Source: Hypanus sabinus (Eukaryota). From it: DNA of 64,000 nucleotides. A model generated the notes under the pieces. It was not told where the DNA came from, searched no databases, and worked only from the letters and a program-made list of their open reading frames with translations. Location of the stretch: contig NC_082706.1 in assembly GCF_030144855.1 (NCBI RefSeq), forward strand, positions 117,738,001-117,802,000, given 5' to 3'. The position numbers were made by a program, and so were the translations under genes. Of this stretch, positions 59,209 through 64,000 are shown in pieces; position 1 is the stretch's first letter, and the number at the start of each line of letters is the position of its first letter.

Positions 59209-59976
59209 ATTACTCAGAACTTCTGGATTATTCCAGTGGTGTTTAGTATTGTGGCTTTCTGGAGATTTTCATAAATATTACTGTGGAGGCCTAATTGTTC
59301 ATTGCTATTGTGTAATGACTTTGGGATGATATCAGTTGTAGATGTTGCTGTCAGGACAATGTATAATCTGTTCATGTTCCAGAATCTTCCAACTTCCTCT
59401 TTTAATTCAGCATATTTCCGGGGTGTTTCACTTATTGATTTCTGTATGTTATGTGTGTCTGGAATGGCTATATCTATTAAGTAATTTGATCTTGCTTATT
59501 TATCTTAGAATATGATATCCAGATGGTTATTATGGATTGTCCTATCTGTAATAATGAATTGGTCATAATATAATTTGTAGCAATCTGACTTCAAAATTGG
59601 ACCAGGCTAGTATTTATAGTAAGGTATGGGTTCTTTTATGAATTTGCATTTTAAAGCAAGATTTTGGTGAATGATGTTTGCCACTGGTTTGTGCCTGTGT
59701 AAATACTCAGATTGAGTTAAACTGCTGCAGAATTCTATAATATGTTAGAGTATTTCTGGTTTCTCTTGGTATTTTCTGCATTTATCATCTTGAATTTGTT
59801 AGTTGTTTATGAAGTACTTCTGATAATATTGTTACATTAACCACTTGGTCCTGTATTTCCACAAGGAACCCCTCTGTTTCTGGGATAAGCTCTTCAACTC
59901 TGAGGCAGCGGTTCATTGCTTCTTTGTCAGCATCTTGTCTCCTCAGATTGTGGGGATGTCTTCCAAGGTGGATCTT
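59207..59976 (-). mobile_element. R4/Dong-clade non-LTR retrotransposon C-terminal fragment (restriction-like endonuclease)
   Basis: GRHP...DKEA.N..L....L.PETEGF...IQDQVV; zinc knuckle DKCRK(Y)..E...HI...C; YLHRH; TDRTIHNNHLDII...LIDIAIP...KY.EL (PD-D/ExK-type RLE). Confidence 0.8.
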
Positions 59977-60517
59977 CTTCTGCTTTTCCTTCTCCTTCTC
60001 CTCCTCCTCCTTCTTCCTTTTTGTATTTGCACAGTTTGTCTGCTTTTGCACATTGGTTATTTGTTAGTGTCTACGTGTGGTTTTTCATTGATTCTATTGT
60101 ACTTCTTTGTTCAACTGTGAATGGCTGCAAGAAAATAAATTTCAGGGTAGCATATATATACTTCGATAATAAATTTACTTTGAGCATTAATCCTTAGTAC
60201 ATTCAAAAGAAGTCCATCAAAATCCATGAATATTGCACAGTACTAAATGTTATTTAACCAATTGAGCAAACAGAGCTCTGTTGCTTTAGCCAATGGCTCA
60301 CAAATATGATATACGTACATTAAAGGATGAAACTGTGGTGGCTTCATCTCAGTCATTATGAGAAGATGAATTAAATGTTCATAGAATCATTAAAACCTAT
60401 GGCACAGAGCTATCGGGCTGTGATTATTTGAAAGAATCTTGTTCGGCTTCACCCCCTACTTTTTGTCTGAAGCCAATGAGTTACACATCACCAAGAACCT
60501 GTATCATAAGTTGAATC

Positions 60518-60680
60518 ACAAGAGACTGCAGATGCTATAATGTGGAGCAAAAGAACAAACCGCTTGAGAAGCTCAGTGGGTCGAGCCGAATCTTTCAGGA
60601 GGAAATGAATTGTTGACATTACATGTCAAAACCCTGCATTAGGATTGACCTTCTGAGTTCCTCTAGGAGTTTGTTTTTTG
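60518..60680. mobile_element. Very short, old foldback PLE terminal remnant
   Basis: agactgcagatgct...gagcaaaagaacaaac..gagaagctcagtgggtc followed by the inverted gaccttctgagttcctctaggagtttgttttttg. Confidence 0.55.
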
Positions 60681-63454
60681 GATAGGATTAGCTTTGACAT
60701 TTTGTGTACTGAAATAGTAATGAATTTTAAGCCTGTTTAGTAAGACAATTTGGTGACAAAGTTAGGGACAGCAAACTGATCTTTTTATTCCCATGTGACT
60801 TATAGATAATTGTAGCAATACAAAGTGGTCATATACTCATGTAAAAATGGTTAAGTCAAACAGCTGACAAGTGATTAATTAGATGCACAGTGTAATCCTA
60901 AGTGCTATTTCATGCATTACAGCAGTCACTCTGTTTATGGGAACCAAAGGTCATACAGAAATTAGACTGCCATTTACCATTCATATCCATAGTTTAATGG
61001 TGACTAAAATGCCTTGTTTATAATTTTTTATCCGACACACATTTCCCTTTATTGAATCAGTTCATCTTTTCTCTCTGAGTTTAAATCAAAAGGCAGGATT
61101 GCTGATAAATTTCCTTCAAACCTTCATTAGAATATCATCATTGTGATCAGTTAAAAACCATAACCCATAAATGTATCTTTGTAGAAATCTAATAACATGC
61201 AGGAGTAACTCTACTAAAGCTGATTTAGGTTTTTTAAGAATTAACTCATTAAATTGCTTAACTATGTTTAACTTTATTGCCATTATAATATCTAACTGTG
61301 GATTTTTTTTGTAATAATGATGTCCATTCAAACTCTGGTTGCACACAATACATTCAGTCTCAATATCAGTGCCACTTTGTATTACAGCTTTAACCTTACC
61401 ATCATTTGCAAGAAGCCATCAGAGTCAGATTCATTTATTTATCAAATGTCCATTGAAACATTCTGTGAAATGCATTATTTGCATTTATAATCAACACAAC
61501 CATAGGATGTGCTGGGTGTAGCCCCCAAGTGTTGCCTTGCATTCTGGTGCCAACATAGCATGCCCTGAGTGTTCATCAGAACAACATAGATCACAACAAG
61601 CCACAAAACACCAACAGCAAAACAAGTCCTATTCCTCCACCCACCCACCCACACACAAGGATAGACTGCCCAACCCCAAGATAGATTATTTTTCACTCAA
61701 CATCAAGAAAAATTAACTCAGAAAGAATGAACAAGGACTCTGTGGGGAGGCACAGCAGTGACCTGTCTGGCTGAAAAGGGACTTTGAGCTGAATGTTCTA
61801 GCTACTCCATAGTGTAACACAATTCACTTCCTTGTAATTATATTGTGATGGGTATTTCCTTCCTCAGCTGGTAGTTTCTTCTTTTCTTTGTCAAGCTCAG
61901 CTTTCTAAACACAACAGTTGACAATTCTGGATATCAGAAGATTGTTTTTGAAGAAGATAAACTAATATTCTTTAGCTCATGGGTATAAACAAGAGCCAGT
62001 CATCAGTTTTTAATGTAAAAGCAATAATCAATTTGAAGTTAAAAACACAGCTTTGCAAACAAGCACTGTTTATAACACAGAACACCAATCATAATACATC
62101 AGCTAGCTGCTAAAAGGTGCAGTATGTGACAATGGGTTACTTAATTCAGCTTGTTTCAAACAGTCAAAGCTGGCTAGATTATTTAATTCAAGGAAGCTTG
62201 CAGACCAGATTGGGACAATCACTTAGCACTTCAATAACTGATCTATTAAGAAGTTGGCAGGTTTATGTACTCAGTGAAGTTAGCTTCACAGCATTGATTG
62301 TGGGTTTCTGGAATCTGTGTCTGCAAGAAGCTTTTGGACCACTTGTGTTAACCGTTATCTGAAAGAATATCACACGTGTGTGAAGTCACCTAAGTGGCAA
62401 AGAAACAGTATAAACGTAGAGAGCAGTCGAGGCATTTTAGTAAGGGGATAAGCATGAAATAAACACACAATCCTCTGGTTTTGATTTCTGTGATGGAAGA
62501 GTGGTTCATCTGCATCGTTAATATGTCATTTTAGCTTTTAGGAATTGTACCTTTGTTTTGGAAATGCTTTTTATTTTAAAAGTGGTTTGTAATATGAAAG
62601 CCTTTTATAAGATTGAAATCCTCTGTGAGCTTTAATTGTATTTTAAGAATGCTGTTCAGATTTAAATGTGTTTCACTAAATGGACTGTGCTTAAATTATT
62701 TTGTTAGCTGGATGATTCTTCTCCTGGGTGCTGGGGGGGGGGGGGTGAAATGATCCACCACTCAAATAGTCGGTATCTGCAGCTAAGCTCACCTTGCAGA
62801 ATTAACAGGGAAGTGAACCAGCTTTTGAAGATTGGGAAGTTACTATATAACCTTCCTTTTCTGAGGGTATCCATAGTTATCTACAGTATATTAGATGGGG
62901 CTTAAGCTCTTTGTTTGTGCTTAGAACTTTGCAGTCAACAAATCCAATACCATCACAATATTATTTCTGAGTTCTAAGTAGCAGCAAGTCTTGAGCAGTT
63001 TTGACTCCTTCCATAGATGTAAGGTACACCAGTGTGCACACAAAATCAGCAAATCTTCATTTTTTTATCTTTAAAATGCAAGAAAACTGGCAAGAGTATT
63101 TTTCAATTGGCATTTATAAACAAACACAAGAATGCATCATGGAGCATAGTTATTTTTGTTATAACTACTTCATAATTTCATGATCTCCACTCTGAACAGA
63201 AGCTAGAATCTGATCTACTTTAGTAGTAAATAGATATTTTTGTGTAAGATATTAAGCAAGTATTTGTTAATCCTCACTGGATAGCTACTCTTTTAGAATC
63301 CATCTGTAAAATAATTATAAAGTAAATTTCAGACCTAAGAAATAATATTTAGCTGTTGAGCACAGCACTTAAAAACCATAATATCAACAATACATTGTAA
63401 AATTTATTACGAGCTGCTAGAAAACATCAGTTATGTAAAAGAGAAACAGAAGTA

Positions 63455-63920
63455 TATCCAGCTATATAGGACCCTGCTCAGACCCTACTTGGAGTACTGT
63501 GCTCAGTTCTGGTCACCTCACTACAGAAAGGATGTGGAAACCATAGAGAGGGTGCAGAGGAGATTTACAAGGATGTTGCCTGAATTGGGGAGCATGCCTT
63601 ATGAAAACAGGTTGAGTGAACTCTACCTATTCTCCTTGGAGTGACAAAGGATGAGAGGTGACCTGATAGAGGTGTATAAGATGATGAGAGGCATTGATCG
63701 TGTGGTTAGTCAGAGGCTTTTTCCCAGGGCTGAAATTGCTATCATGAGAGGACACAGTTTTAAATTGCTTGGAAGTAGGTACAGAGGAGATGTCAGGGGT
63801 AAGTTTTTTATGCAGAGAGTGATGAGTAAGTATATGTAAAGTAAGTATATGTTCAGCACAGCGTTGTGGGCCAAAGGATCCATATTGTGCTTTAGTTTTT
63901 CTATGTTTCTATGTTTCTAA
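63455..63920 (+). mobile_element. 5'-truncated CR1 (same family as 5386-5986)
   Basis: LYRTLLRPYLEYCAQFWSP...MRGDLIEVYKMMRG; (CTATGTTT)n tail. Confidence 0.9.
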
Positions 63921-64000
63921 GTGTATTTGTAATTGATCAAATTTCATTTCAATATTGTAGTTCTTTTAAAGAATGCCACAGTGACCTGCTGATACTGCTG

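Noticed and set aside
1-64000. Prokaryotic-type systems (CRISPR arrays, retrons, operons, defence islands)
   Set aside because: No repeat-spacer arrays or dense intact ORFs; all RT and nuclease motifs belong to vertebrate retrotransposons

Overview
Eukaryotic, repeat-dense, gene-poor DNA, most likely intronic or intergenic sequence of a cartilaginous fish. The taxon is inferred from the mix of CR1 LINEs, V-SINEs, Rex1/Babar, Neptune-type Penelope elements and fish-type Gypsy elements. No intact host protein-coding gene is visible, and the recognisable ORF-track hits are decayed transposon fragments. The window holds many nested CR1 copies (one near full length with an esterase ORF1), Rex1/Babar, L1, RTE and R4-clade (RLE) fragments. 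It also holds a PNMA-gag Gypsy, a sushi/chromovirus-type Gypsy, two solo LTRs, a Tc1 derivative and a 168-nt assembly gap. The most notable system is a set of Penelope-like (GIY-YIG) insertions that integrate as foldback inverted pairs, up to a ~2-kb palindrome. They carry minimal hammerhead ribozymes (one with an intact core at 28226-28259), a one-sided ~30-nt tail and 11-16-bp target duplications. Outside the repeats there is a candidate CArG/GATA/TATA promoter with a 26-nt ATG-containing microexon (~39650-40255) and a compact Otx/Pbx-Hox motif cluster (~23200-23306). Element boundaries were read by eye and are approximate unless anchored by a target-site duplication (TSD).
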